A stretch of DNA of 64,000 bases. Source: Octopus vulgaris. Taxonomy: Eukaryota. The notes beneath the pieces are model-generated. The model had not been told where the DNA came from, made no database searches, and was given only the letters and a program-made list of their open reading frames with translations. The translations under genes were made by a program, and so were the position numbers. Shown piece after piece: positions 27,500 through 42,067 of the stretch (positions within the stretch are counted from its first letter, which is position 1; each line of letters opens with the position of its first letter). The stretch spans positions 80,290,001 to 80,354,000 of the forward strand of contig OX597817.1 of NCBI GenBank assembly GCA_951406725.2, in the 5' to 3' direction.

Positions 27500-28866
27500 G
27501 GTGGGGGAGTAAAATTCACAATGAACGTTAAGTTGTTTTTTCTCAGCAGGCACTAGGTCAATTGTTTTGAAACCTAGCATATATTGACGCCATAATCATA
27601 CCTAACACTATTATCCTTACCTTTTCAGAAACTTTTGCCCATATGAGTAATCAGGAAAGCAAACATCAAAGAGTGTGTGATTTACTGAATGCACTTGTAA
27701 CACCAAAGGAGATTTCAAGAATAGTTGGAGTGTCCATAAAGACTGTTTATAATGTAAAAAAATAGAATGACTATGAGTAAAACTATTACGAGGAAGTCTC
27801 GAAGTGGAGGAATCAACAAAAAACATACCAAAGCTTTTATTAAAGCTCTCAAATCCCAAATCCTAAAGGATCCAACCAAATCCATGAGAAAAATGGCAAT
27901 TGAACTTGAGGTAGACAACAAGACTATTAAAAATACAGTAGATATGATTTGAGGTTAAAATCTTACACAAGAACACCAAAACACCTGTTGACAACAGCTA
28001 TGAAGGAAACGAGATTGGAGCGGTGCAAGAAAATTATTACATAGTTCAAGAAAAAGTCCTCCATTGTAACGATCTTTTCAGATGAAAAGATCTTTACTGT
28101 CGATGCTGTTCTGAACAGCAGAATTGACAGATTTATCACAAAATCAACAGCTGGGTTCATTCATTGTAACGATCTTTTCAGATGAAAAGATCTTTACTGA
28201 CAACAGAGAATTGACGATATCACAAAATCAACAAGCTGGGATTAAGGGGACATTCAAAACAAAACATCCTGCTCAAGTTATGGCTTCTGATATTGTGGCT
28301 TCCGATGGAAAAAAATGCCTATAAAATTCTACAAAGCTAATGAAAAGATCAATGTTAATACTTACTACAAGACTCTGAGATACCAGGTATTGCCATGGTT
28401 TAAAGCAATCTACGCTGATGGTAATTATGTATGGACACAGGATGGTGCTCCAGCCCACACAGCTAGAAAAATACAAGATTTCTGCAAATCCAACTTTAGC
28501 AATTTTTTGGAATCATGTTTATGGCCGCCTTCTATCCCAGATCTAAACCCTCTGGATTATGCTATTTTGGGCGTTTTAGAACATGCTACCAATAGAACAT
28601 CACACAGCAATGTCGACTCTCTTAATGATATTATTAAAGAAGAATGGGAGTTGTCTCCCGAATATTCAAGGAACACTTGTGCAAATTTCAGGAAGCATGT
28701 GAAGGCAGTTATTGAGAAAGAAGGAGGACACATAGAATAAACACGTTTTCTTTTATGTAAATTTTCTTTTGGCAAATAAATTTTCATGGGTTCAATAAAC
28801 AAATTGGTCATACACTGTCTTTCAATCCCTGCCTCAAATTATTGTAATTTTTGCTTCCCCACCCTG
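27497..28866 (+). mobile_element. Full-length but disrupted DD37D (maT) Tc1/mariner transposon, 1370 bp
   Basis: TIRs CAGGGTGGGG(G/A)AG(T/C)AAAA..ACAAT flanked by TA; IFSDEKIFTVD, QDGAPAHTA, WPPSIPDLNPLDY with 37 residues between the 2nd and 3rd D; stops and frameshifts. Confidence 0.93.
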
Positions 28867-29031
28867 TATATATATATATATATATATTATCTTTATTTCT
28901 ATCATTTACTTGTTCAAGCTATTTAACTATAGTCATACTAGAAAACCACCTTGAAAGTTTTAGTCAAACAAATCAATGCCATTATTTACATAATTTACAT
29001 TATTTACATTCGATGGATCTTGTTTGTTGTT

Positions 29032-29077
29032 AACACAGCGTTTCGGTTGATTTACCCTCCAGCCTTCTTCAGGTGTC
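29032..29077 (-). ncRNA. Minimal type I hammerhead motif (left copy, mutated)
   Basis: GACAC-CTGAAGA-AGGCTGG...CAACC-GAAA-CG-CT-GTGTT. Confidence 0.65.
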
Positions 29078-29133
29078 TTGGGGAAATTTCGAACCTGGGT
29101 TCTCATTCCTAAGGTATTTTTTGATGTTATTAC

Positions 29134-29227
<94 letters not shown>

Positions 29228-29469
29228 GTTGTTGTTGTTGTTGTTCAGGTCACTGCTTGGAATCGAACTCGGATTCTTGGGGTTAGTAGCCCGTTGTGGA
29301 AATTATATCCACAGGAAATGTTGAATTCAACACTGCATAAAGAAATACAACTAACCCCAAGATTCTAAGTTTGATTCCAAGCAGTGACCTGAACACTAAC
29401 AATAATAATAATAATAATAACATCGAAAAATACCTTAGAAATGAGAACCCAGGTTCGAAATTTCCCCAA

Positions 29470-29515
29470 GACAACTGAAGAAGGCTAGAGGGTATATCAG
29501 CCGAAACGTTGTGTT
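29470..29515 (+). ncRNA. Minimal type I hammerhead motif (right copy)
   Basis: GACAA-CTGAAGA-AGGCT...AGCC-GAAA-CG-TT-GTGTT; stem III reduced to the palindrome ACGT. Confidence 0.72.
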
Positions 29516-29917
29516 AACAACAAACACGATGAGGACAAATATCCGTCGAATGTAAATAATGTAAATAATGTAAATAATGTAAATAATGTATATAATTCCT
29601 CATCTCTTAAATCAACACCAGTTCTTATTTTTCAAGTCCCAAACATATTCCATTAGTTTCTTTTATCAATTTAAAAATGTGTATATATATTCTGTAATAT
29701 AACATATCATTGATTGAAACAATAATTTATTCATCATACTAGCTGTTCACAAATGCATTACATACGCAAGATAATCTATCAGATATACTTCAGCCCTAAC
29801 ATTGCATTAGCAACTAATGAGTCTGCAGACATTTGAAGGAAATATTCAGTCACTGATGAAATCAGAAATCAAAACTGAACCAGTAAAATATTGCATATTC
29901 TTTTTTTTTTATCTTTT

Positions 29918-30136
29918 TGCTTTTACTTATTTCAGTCATTTGTCTGGAGATATGCTGGAGCACTGCCTTTAGTCGAACAAATCAACCCCAGGACTTATTA
30001 TTTTTAAGTCTAGTACTTATTCTATCAGTCTCTTTTATCAAAGTGCTAATTACAGGGATGTAAACACATCAACATTGGGGGAACAAACACAGACACACAA
30101 ATACATACATACACACACACATACACACAGACACAG

Positions 30137-30188
<52 letters not shown>

Positions 30189-30628
30189 CTTACTTGGAAA
30201 AGGATGCGTGGCTTTCGATCATATAATAATAATATAAATAATATATAAATATATGCATATATACATACATATATGTACATACCTACATATATATGTATAT
30301 ATACATGCATATATGGGAACAGGACATAAAAAAAAATGTTGAACACAATGAGAAACGGAAACATAAAAACAAAAACATAGAAACGAACTTTTTTCAAACA
30401 ATGAATAAAACAGAGAAATAAGACATACAACACAAGGAATATTCCCCTTCTTCAGTTGTCCCTGTTTCATCTACTCCGCGTTTTATACATAGATATATAC
30501 AACAGGCTTCTTTCAGTTTGCGTCTACAAAATCCACTCACAAGGCTTTGGCCAGCCTGAGACTATAGCAGAAGATACTTGCCCAAGGTGCCATGCAGTGG
30601 GACTGAACCTGGAACCAAGTGGTTTGGA
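29918..30628 (-). mobile_element. SINE family C with a ~300-bp foreign insert (30188-30485) in its internal (TA)n
   Basis: Tail at 29918-30095 and head at 30500-30628 are colinear with 20770-21272. Confidence 0.8.
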
Positions 30629-30869
30629 AGTAAAATATATCAGATAAAAGATATTCTCTCATACATTATACCAAGTAGTCACTGACAGGAACACATTTGT
30701 TGAAAATACTGCATTGATAAAAGATATTAAAAAAACACAAACAAAAGTAATTGATACGCCATCATAAGAATTTCTATAAACCTTCAAGAGAACATGAAAC
30801 ATTTTATATTATTTTTATTTATTTATTTATTTATCTTTTTTGGGGGGGAATGAAAAAAACCCAAATTTT

Positions 30870-31063
30870 GAAAGGGCTGAAATTTTGGTGGAGGGGCTAC
30901 TTGATTGCATTGACCCCAGTGTTAAACTGATACTTATTTTATCAACTCCAAAAGGATGAAAACAAAATCACCCCAACAGAATTTGAACTCAGAACGTCAA
31001 GGCAGAAGAAATGCCACTATGCATTTTGCCTAGTGTGCTAATAATCCTGCCAGCTCACCGCCT
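30870..31063 (-). mobile_element. SINE family A
   Basis: Similarity to the family A copies. Confidence 0.7.
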
Positions 31064-31209
31064 TATAAAGCAATACATAATAGTATGTAAATAATAAGTT
31101 TGGAATCCATTTTGGATAGGAAAAGCCAAAGGCTGCCCGTGAAACTCGAACCCACATCATCTGTAACTATGACAGGCATTTTACTATTACAAGCAGCTAT
31201 CAACTCTTC

Positions 31210-31469
31210 TGTGGAGGCGCGTGGCTTAGTGGTTAGGGTGTCCGCATCATGATCGTAAGATTGTGGTTTCAATTCCTGGACCGGGTGACGTCTTGTGTTC
31301 TTGAGCAAAACACTTCATTTCACGTTGCTCCAGTCCACACAGCTGGCAAAAATACGTAACACTGTGATGGACTGGCGTCCCATCCACCTGGGGAACACAT
31401 ACGCCATTGAATACGGGAAACTGGGCCCATGAGCCTGGTTAGGCTTTAAAAGGGTGCATTTATTTATTA
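31210..31469 (+). mobile_element. tRNA-derived SINE, head B', CORE-like block and V-domain-like tail, 12-bp TSD
   Basis: TATCAACTCTTC at 31198-31209 and 31470-31481; GATGGACTGGCGTCCCATCC block. Confidence 0.88.
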
Positions 31470-31843
31470 TATCAACTCTTCCTATCCAGAAGGCTTTTGA
31501 AAGTCAATATTTATATGCTATAAGGCAGTAAGCTGGCAAAATTGTTAGCATGCTGGATAAAATGTTTAGTGTTGATTCATCTGTTTTTGCATTCAATTTC
31601 CAGCAAGGTCGACTTTGCCTTTCATCTTTTTGAGGTTAATAAATTAAGTACCAGTAAAACACTTGGGTCATTGTAATTGACTAGTGCCCCAGCACCACCA
31701 CCACCACAACAACAACAACAAAGGATTAATTATAGCTTTATGAAGGTGGTGAACTGGCAGAATATTTAGCAGGTCAGACAGAGTGCTTAGCAGTATTTTC
31801 TTCATCTTTACATTTTAGTTCAAGCCTTACTGAGATTGACTTT

Positions 31844-32153
31844 CTTCTTCTAAGCCCTTTTCAAGCCTAGCCAGGCTCATGGGCCCAGTTTCCCGGTTTC
31901 TGTGGCGTATGTGTTCTCCCCAGCTGGATGGGACGCCAGTACATCGCAGCGCTACTCAAGAAACAGGAAGAAAGTGTGAGAGAAGGTTGGGGCGAAAGAG
32001 TACAACAGGGGTCGCCACCACCCCCTACTGGAGCCTTGTGGTGCTTTAGGTGTTTTCGCTCAATAAACACACACAACGCCCGGTCTGTGAATTGAAGCTG
32101 CGAGCCTCCGACCGCGAGTCCGCTGCCCTAACAACCGGGCCATTGCGCCTCCA
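31844..32153 (-). mobile_element. tRNA-derived SINE, head B plus V-domain-like tail, nested in a family A SINE (31743-32290)
   Basis: TSD TG(A/G)GATTGACTTT at 31831-31843 and 32154-32166. Confidence 0.88.
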
Positions 32154-32394
32154 TGGGATTGACTTTACCTTCCATCAATGAAATAAGTACAGCTTTAGCA
32201 CTAGGGTCGATGAAATAAGTACCAGTTGAGCACTCTGAGGCCTATATAATTGATATACTCACCCTTTGAATTGCTGTCCTTCTGCTAAAATAAACATATA
32301 TTCATTGTTTTATGTGCATCAGGATACTCTCTTTTAAAAACAAAAAAGAATTATAAAGTACCATCAAAATAAAGCTAAGTAAAATTGTGGTCTT

Positions 32395-32650
32395 GGCCAC
32401 TACTGGTGACAAGAACAAGGCACTTGTGCCAGTGGCACATAAAAGGTACCCATACCAATGACGTGTAAAAGACACCCAGTTCGCTCCGTAAATTGATTGG
32501 TATTGGGAAGGGCATCTTGCTGTAAAAACCAAGCCAAAACAGATTGGATCATGGTGAAGCTCTCTGGATTACCAGCTTCAGTTGAAATGTCTAACTCATT
32601 CCAGCATGGGGAAAATCGATGCTAAACAATGACAACGGTAATGATGGTGG
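32395..32650 (+). mobile_element. SINE/LINE-tail family D (GGAAGGGCATC..GCTGTAAAAACC...CCAGCATGG...TAAACAATGA)
   Basis: Related inverted copies at 39120-39650. Confidence 0.6.
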
Positions 32651-32654
32651 TACT

Positions 32655-32732
32655 GGTGAGGAGGTGGAGGAGGAGGAGGAAGAGGTGGAAGAAGAAGAAG
32701 AGGAGGAGCAGGAGCAGGAAGAAGACAAAGAA

Positions 32733-32767
<35 letters not shown>

Positions 32768-32811
32768 AGAAGAAGAAGACGAAGAAGAAAAAGAAGAAGT
32801 AGAAGAAGAAG

Positions 32812-32843
<32 letters not shown>

Positions 32844-32931
32844 GAAGTAGAAGTAGAAGAAGAAGAAGTAGAAGAAGAAGAAGAAGAAGTAAAAGAGGAA
32901 GTAGAAGAAGACAAAGAAGGAGAAGAAGAAG

Positions 32932-32963
<32 letters not shown>

Positions 32964-33000
32964 GAAGAGGAGGTAGAAGAAGACAAAGAAGGAGAAGAAG

Positions 33001-33032
<32 letters not shown>

Positions 33033-33158
33033 GAAGAAGAAGAAGAAGAAGAAGAAGAAGACGAAGAAGAAGATGAAGTAGAAGTAGAAGAGGAAGAAGA
33101 AGAAGAAGAAGAAGAAGAAGAAGAAGAAGAAGAAGAAGAAGAAGAAGAAGAAGAAGAA
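32655..33158. repeat. ~500-bp (GAA/GAG/GTA)n purine-rich tract with internal block duplications
   Basis: Read directly; the block GTAGAAGAAGACAAAGAAGGAGAAGAA recurs. Confidence 0.95.
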
Positions 33159-33652
33159 ACTAATAAACAGCGTATGATATCATTAAAAGGTCCGATGAGT
33201 AATAGTGACTATGTCTAAGAAATAATAAACCAAAGCATCAATGCAGTGCACCTCATGCTATAATATAATATAAAAGGATGCACTGATTATCAAGTTTAAT
33301 TGCCATCATGTTGAATAACACCAAAAAAGAATTTGCTCGAACAGGTCTACAGTATAAAGTTTGTTGAATGAATGGCTGAGAGGGACAAAGAAGTTTAGGT
33401 GAATATATTTACGAGAGATAGACGTGAGTTCTGTCAAAGACAATATTAACATATTAAACTGCATATTTCATGCATCTGCATGATTGATATAGTCCATCCT
33501 ACAGAAATACACTACATGGCAAATTCAGTTCTTCGACTTTCATATGATATGTAACTAGGAAACACAGTTCCCAATATATATATAACTGTACACACACAAA
33601 TATACATACACATATACTTGAATGTAAGTATGTATATATCCCTGTATATATC

Positions 33653-33738
<86 letters not shown>

Positions 33739-34315
33739 CATATATGTATATATATATATGTATATATATATGTATATATATATGTATATATATATATGTA
33801 TATATATGTATGTATATATGTATATATACATGTGTATATAATATATACAATATATATATATAAATCCATATATGCATATACTCACATGCACACCTATGTA
33901 TACATTTATCCATAAATGCATATGTACATATTAATATATATATATATATTTATGTATGTGTGTGTGTGTGTGAATCCACATACATGTATATAAATATCTA
34001 GCTAGCTAGCATGATATCTATCCGCATAGCTTACAATCTATCTATCCATATAGGGTATGATATCTGTATATATATGTGTGTGTATGTGTATATATATAGA
34101 AACTTACATACGTATACATTTTTATATATCATCATCAACGGACGTTAAACAATGATGATGATGATATATAAAAATCTATATGTATGTATCTATATATACA
34201 TACACACATACACATATATACATATATCATACCCTTTAATCATGGTGTGCGTGTGTATATATACACTTATATATATATATATATAAATAAGTATATATAT
34301 ATATATTTATATATA

Positions 34316-34384
<69 letters not shown>

Positions 34385-34804
34385 CTTCTATTTAGATACA
34401 TATATATAAATATATATATACACAAACATTAGGCATCTTTTACAATGACTTATTTCATCACGATTTTCAATAAAACGCAATGATTTGAGTTTTTCCAAAC
34501 ATTCTCTAAATATTGGAAATCATGAAGATATGAATCATACGCTAAAAAGCCTTGTCTCTCTCTCTGTCTTTCACCGGTTCTTCTCTTTATTATAGTCACA
34601 TGCTCACACACACATACACATGCATATATATATATATATATATATAAATATTTATGCATGTGTGTGTGTGGATCGTTCGCATGTATGTGAGAATAAGTTA
34701 TTAGCTTTAGATATGAATACGTTCATATATGTATATATATTTTTGCATATATATGTATGTTTATATATATATATATATGTATTTATATATATATATATAT
34801 ATAT

Positions 34805-34863
<59 letters not shown>

Positions 34864-34930
34864 CGCATTGTGGGTGTGAGAGTGTGTACGTATATATTAT
34901 GTACAAATATACACACATATATATACATAC

Positions 34931-35003
<73 letters not shown>

Positions 35004-35332
35004 GACAGATACCCAGACAGATAGATAGATTGATATAGATATATACATATATTGTTAGATAGATATACATATATGTAAATCTATGTATACAGATACACAT
35101 ACATATAAATGCACACACACACACACATCTACATCCATGTATCTATGTGTGTATATTTATGTTAGCATTGACATTAAATGTACTTTTGAGTTCATATCTA
35201 TTAGCCTATACACTCATACAAACATATGCACATACATATATACAAGCATGCCCTTCTTTTCAAACATGTATGCAAGGTCCTGCTTCTCTCCCTCTGCTCT
35301 CTAGGTCACTCTCCTCGATCAATATATATATT

Positions 35333-35376
<44 letters not shown>

Positions 35377-35502
35377 TGTGTGTATAAATATGTATATGCG
35401 CATTTTTATACACATATACTTACATATGTATATGGATGTATACATATGTGTGTGTATACATACATATATATATGGATATATATATATGTGTGTGTATATA
35501 TG

Positions 35503-35580
<78 letters not shown>

Positions 35581-36097
35581 CGCACACACACGCACACACA
35601 CGCACACGCACACACACATACATAACCACATATTACCATACACATATTTTTACACATGCACATACTTATACTTGATCTCTGGCCATTTATCTCTGATTTC
35701 CACCTCTCGTGCACATGTGTGACCATATGCTTGTATGTCTTCTGTGCTGGTATAAGTTTTCTATTGGAAATGATTGAGTTTTTCTATGTTCCGTGTGAAT
35801 GTATATGCTTATACCAATCATGAATCACTGTGTGTATGTGTTTGTCTCTGCCTGTGCCTATGCATACATAAAACTTGTGTGTGTGTGTGTCAGTATGTAT
35901 TTGTTAGAAACAAACAACTTGGTTTAATAGAATATTGAATCAAATGATCACGAGCAGACGAATGAATTTCCAATTTAAACCATCCATCTTCAAAATTTTC
36001 ACCAAGATAGATCTGTAAAGATAGAGAGGACTGAAATATTTTCAATATTTTTTCCCATTTACGTTAATGTCATATGTGGATATATACATATGTATAT

Positions 36098-36167
<70 letters not shown>

Positions 36168-36309
36168 GTGTGTGTGTGTGTGAGTGTGTGTGTGTATGTG
36201 TGTGTTTACATGTATATAGATGCATATAAATATATATATGCAAATATATTACATATGTGTATATATATATATGTATGTATGTGTGCCTGAATATATGTAT
36301 ATGTATATT

Positions 36310-36340
<31 letters not shown>

Positions 36341-36479
36341 GTATGTATGTGTGTATGTATGTATGTATATATATATATATGTTTATATGTATATATATGT
36401 ATATATGTATATATGTATATATATGTATATATGTATATATGTTTATATGTATATATATATATTTGTGTTTATATGTGTA

Positions 36480-36527
<48 letters not shown>

Positions 36528-36809
36528 ATTTAATGTCCTTGTTTCCATGCTGGCATACATGAATGCATATATGTATATTTGTATGAATGTATGTATGTAT
36601 GTGTGTATGTATGTATGTATGTATACGTGTAGGTATGCTTTTATGTATGTATACTCATTTTTATATCTTAAGTTTACCAAAATGATTGCAAACTGAATGA
36701 GTATTGATGAAAAAATTGTTCAAACAATGAAGGCTTGTTTAATCTTTTAAAAATTAGTGCCAATATTGATATCTATCTTTATATCTATGTTTTTCCATAT
36801 ACACGTCTA

Positions 36810-37632
36810 TATACGCACAGGAAAAATGCAGGGAGGAAGGTAGAATACGAAAAAATTATGTGTAAAAAATATGAGCAATAAAACTATAAACCAATATCTC
36901 TGTAAATATGTGAAACGATATATAAAAGTATATAAGAAATATAAGCAAAAAGTATAGCGATAAAAAGTTTGTATGTGGACACAATATAGAAAGCAAGTCC
37001 TATCTGTAATCTCGGTGGTGGGGGGCAAAAACGTAACAAATATTTAGCCACGTATGGACATGACCCGAAAATTTCAGTTTTTGAATTTAGACATGTGGCG
37101 GAGTCTAAGCTGCGTTTCCAGATGAGCCATCTGTCCATATCACAAAGACTGCACTTTCCACTGCCGTTGGTGTAGGGCTTACGCTTGGCTAAGATCTTCC
37201 GATGAATGTTGTAACTGACATTTTTATCTTTTAAGGACCATATATGACTGGATAATTTGGTCGGTTTCCTTTTATCCCAGTGCCTGAAGCTCAAGGTGTA
37301 GTTATTGCATCTGGTCTTGAAATTACCTTCTGTAAGGCCCATGTATTTCTTCGTCGAAACCGTGTCCTTAGTGGATATAGAGTCCACGGGGCTTCATAAA
37401 TGATGGTCTCGGACATGCAAGCTCGATTTAGCGGGCACAAATTTTTATCCCTGCATGAACAGCTAGTTTCATATTGTAGTTTTTGTGTGTTGTGTGCGAT
37501 TATATTTTTAAATTAGTAGTTGAGCTGAAACTGATTTTTAAGCTATGTTTATTGAAGAGCTTCTCTGTAACTATGGTTGACTGGAAAATGTCTATCTATC
37601 AGTGCGAAGAAATACTTGCCTATATTAGAGGT
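36810..37632 (-). pseudogene. Penelope-like element 3' part: end of RT, Cys-rich linker and GIY-YIG endonuclease
   Basis: NIGKYFFALIDRHFP, SCSCRDKKFCPLNRACMSETIIYEA, KKYMGLTEGNFKTRCNNYTLSFRH, TKLSSHIWSLKD, KCSLC, LNSKTE; frameshifted. Confidence 0.88.
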
Positions 37633-38519
37633 CACTTCGGGTGAGTAGGGGTGTATGAACCAGATAGTTTTCCTATGTGCATATATAGACATGTTTTACT
37701 CTTATTGCTTATTTTTTTACACTTTTTACACATTTTTCTGTATTTTGCCTTTAGCCCTATTTTTTGTTGTGGTTGTCCATATACAGACGTGTGTATGAAC
37801 CATTTTGTGCACGTGCGTGCGAGCGTGTATGCGTGTATATATATACTTTTTAGCGAATGTGTGGGTGAGCATGTGTGAATTTCAAGTGAGAGTGGATGAG
37901 TATATACATATAGGCGCATGTGCGTGTGTGTGCAGGCGCGCATGTGTATGTATGGACATGCGCTTATGCGATTATTATGAACATTTTTACTCCCTTACCT
38001 TTACTCCCTCCGCTTACTTAACGGTCATTCTAATAGCTCTTTTGTCTTAATAATCGGTCGATCACACAGCAATTTCTTTTTGTTTTAATGGTCGTTTTCA
38101 TAGCATTTTTTTCGATGGCGCGATTATTGAAGAGATGCCGGCGTAGGTTTCTGCCCCGACATTCGAAACTCGGAGTTTTATTATAGCTACCGAAAATTTG
38201 TCACATATATTAGAGATAAATTCCTCTATTTACATAATATCGAAGTCTCACTCTTTTGTTGTCTTGCCATTTCTATCAATATATATATATGTGTGTGTGT
38301 GAATATATATATATTTATATAAGTATATATGTGTATGTATTTGTGAGTGTGAGTGTGTTTGTGTCTACATGAGCGAGTCCGTAGCTACATGCATAAAGTG
38401 GTACTAAAATACTTTGATACACAAATGCGCGCGCACACACAAACGCTCTCACACACATGCACACGTGCATACACACACACACACACACATCAACAGACAT
38501 ACACATACATATATGGACA

Positions 38520-39085
38520 AGTATACATAAAGATATTTAACTCGAGGCGATCCAGCGAAGTTATACAAAGAAGATCGACACAATGACACAATGCGACATA
38601 TCAACTACTGGGATAGACTGAAAGAGTTAAGACTCTACTCCCTGGAGCGAAAGCGGGAAAGATATACAGTGATATTCATCTAGAAAATCCTAGAAAAACT
38701 TGTCAAAGTTTGACATTGTCAGTTACATAAACAGCAAGACGAGGCGCCACTGCATAGTACCAAAAACCCCAACATGGTCATCAGGATACAGAACCAGATA
38801 CTGCAACAGATTGGATTTCAAAGGCCCACAGTTCTTCAACATTTCCCCGAAAAGCCTGAGAGACCTGCATGGCGGGGATGTAAGCTCTTTCAAATAAAAC
38901 TGGAACTCCTTCTGCCATGAGTTCTGGATGAACCTACCTCAAAGCAAGAAACACAGATGAGGGCAGTAACGTTAAATTCCTTTATCCACCAAATGTCACA
39001 CATCAGAGGTTGTTTAGTAAAAGTGCAGCAAAGTAAACGGCGGTGCCCCAGCATGACCACAGTCCTTGGAATGAAACTAAGAAAA
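38520..39085 (+). pseudogene. CR1/L2-group LINE 3' end
   Basis: YWDRLKELRLYSLERKRERY, GPQFFNISPKSLRDL...SSFK; 3' UTR GGTGCCCCAGCATGACCACAG...TGAAAC. Confidence 0.8.
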
Positions 39086-39119
39086 ACATCTATATATATG
39101 TGCATATGTATTATCATCA

Positions 39120-39650
39120 TTATTTTAATGTTCACCTTCTCCTGCTTGCATGGGTCGCATGGTTTTTTGTTGCACCAGATTTCCTATGGCCAGATGCCTT
39201 TCTTGTTACCAACTCTCATGTGTTTCCAAGTAAGATAATATTTCGTCATGCCCAGACATGTGCCTGAAGATTATTGGAAATAATGCAATACTTCTATGAC
39301 AGTCACAATAGTTTTGCAATTATCATCATCATATTCATCATCGTTTAACGTCTGCCTTCCATACTGACATGGGGGTGGGAGACGGTTTGACAAGAGCAGG
39401 CCAGACAGAAGTCTGCACCAGACTTCGGAAATTGTTTTGGTAACTTTTACAGCTGGACGCCCTTCCTAACACCAACCTCTCAGCAGAGTGGACTGAGCTT
39501 TTTTATGTGGCACAAGCACAGGCTAGGTTAGGTTTGGCAAGGTTCTAACAGCTGGATGCCCTTCCAAACGCCAACCACTTTACAGTGTAGACTGGGTGAT
39601 TTTAATGACACTTGCATTGACAGGGTCACCAAGTACTTCTAAGACTATAA
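39120..39650 (-). mobile_element. Family D copies (two adjacent pieces)
   Basis: ATCATCGTTTAACGTCTGCCTTCCAT and two copies of ACAGCTGGA(C/T)GCCCTTCC. Confidence 0.6.
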
Positions 39651-39871
39651 AAGTGAACACTTTTGAGAGGGGAGGGGCATTAGAGGAGGTGATTTTATAT
39701 CAGATGATGAAAGGTTACACTAGGGCAGAGACAGAAGCAATAAATGTAGTACAAGGGTACCCGGCCGGATAGAGAGAGAGACAGACAGACACAGAGAGAG
39801 TGTGTGTGTCTATCTTCTTCTATAGCCTCAGGTCGACCAAAGCCAACTGAAAAAAACCCGTCGTATATATG

Positions 39872-40734
<863 letters not shown>

Positions 40735-40738
40735 GTGT

Positions 40739-40920
40739 GGAGGCGCAATGGCCCAGTGGTTAGGGCAGCGGACTCGCGGTCGTAGGATCGCGGTTTCGAT
40801 TCCCAGACCGGGCGTTGTTGGCCTGATCGCTTAGCCAGAGGGGTGGCGTCATTTGAAGGCTAACACAATGTGACCAGCGATGTATAGCAACATTTGATAG
40901 CCTGGTCGTGATCACGTGAT
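40739..40920 (+). mobile_element. SINE head B fused to a third tail type
   Basis: GGAGGCGCAATGGCCCAGTGGTTAGGGCAGCGGACTCGCGGTCGTAGGATCGCGGTTTCGATTCCC. Confidence 0.8.
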
Positions 40921-40941
40921 ATATACATATATACATATTTG

Positions 40942-40976
<35 letters not shown>

Positions 40977-41157
40977 CATTGCATCTGGGAATCTAATAGG
41001 GAAGACACTGGGTAGAAGTGGTGTCTTCACACCTTTTACCTTTTTCTTCCACGGTAACTGTAGTGAGCCTGCCTTTAAAAGTTGAAATATGTCACAAACA
41101 AATTTTAACTAATGTAAAGTTTGCTTATGCCTAAAGACTGCTCGGTACTAATACTGC

Positions 41158-41219
<62 letters not shown>

Positions 41220-41588
41220 TATATGCCAACAGAACGTGGCAATCTATACTGCTAAATATATATATGGATGGTGCCCCAGCATGGCCGCGGCCTTCGGGCT
41301 AAAACATTTTTAAGGATTTAAGGATATATATATATATATATGTAGGTATGTATGTATGTATATATGTATGTATATATGCTTGTATGTATATATGTATATA
41401 TTTATATGTATATGATTATATCTGTAGCCTATGTAAATAAATTTAAAAATAGAGAAATCTATACAGACAAAACGATGACTAAATGAATTGAAAGTGCGTA
41501 GATAAATACATAAATAAATACTCAGAATCACGCCCATTTTTATATATAATATGTGTGTGTATATGTGTGTGTATGCATGCATGCATAC

Positions 41589-41619
<31 letters not shown>

Positions 41620-41745
41620 TGTGTCTATATAAATACATATACATACTCTTAAACATACATTGAAACATACATGTGCATGTATCTATATACATATATTTAC
41701 ATACGTATACACATAGATAAAAGGATGTATATTATATACATAAAC

Positions 41746-41782
<37 letters not shown>

Positions 41783-42008
41783 AAGAGAGAGGGAGAGAGA
41801 GAAGGAGAGAGAGAGAGAGAAAGTGGTAGGCTGTGGAAACTAAAGAGAGCGAAGAAAGTGTATGCACACTGAAGAAATTAGATAAATAGATCAAAAGTTA
41901 GGTAGCCATCTGTTCGACTGTCATCGCATCTAATCAACATCACTCTTTTTCTACATCCTCCATACGCCATACCCATCAACTTAATACAAATAAAATCTTT
42001 CATTGTCC

Positions 42009-42067
<59 letters not shown>

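Larger units (their letters stand above)
28981..29612. mobile_element. Head-to-head inverted pair of a tRNA-headed, hammerhead-bearing SINE-like element
   Basis: 28981-29293 (minus) and 29350-29612 (plus) are reverse complements; each has a B-box-like GAGTTCGATTCC, (AAT)n, a hammerhead and an (AATGTAAAT)n tail. Confidence 0.85.

Noticed and set aside
29810-29885. CTGATGA...GAAA near 29855
   Set aside because: No stem II or stem I pairing.
32619-33218. 199-aa poly-Glu ORF
   Set aside because: Translation of a (GAA)n tract following a SINE tail; no evidence of coding function.
40739-40815. tRNA gene
   Set aside because: Has A/B boxes but no proper acceptor stem, and the same head recurs on SINEs with TSDs.
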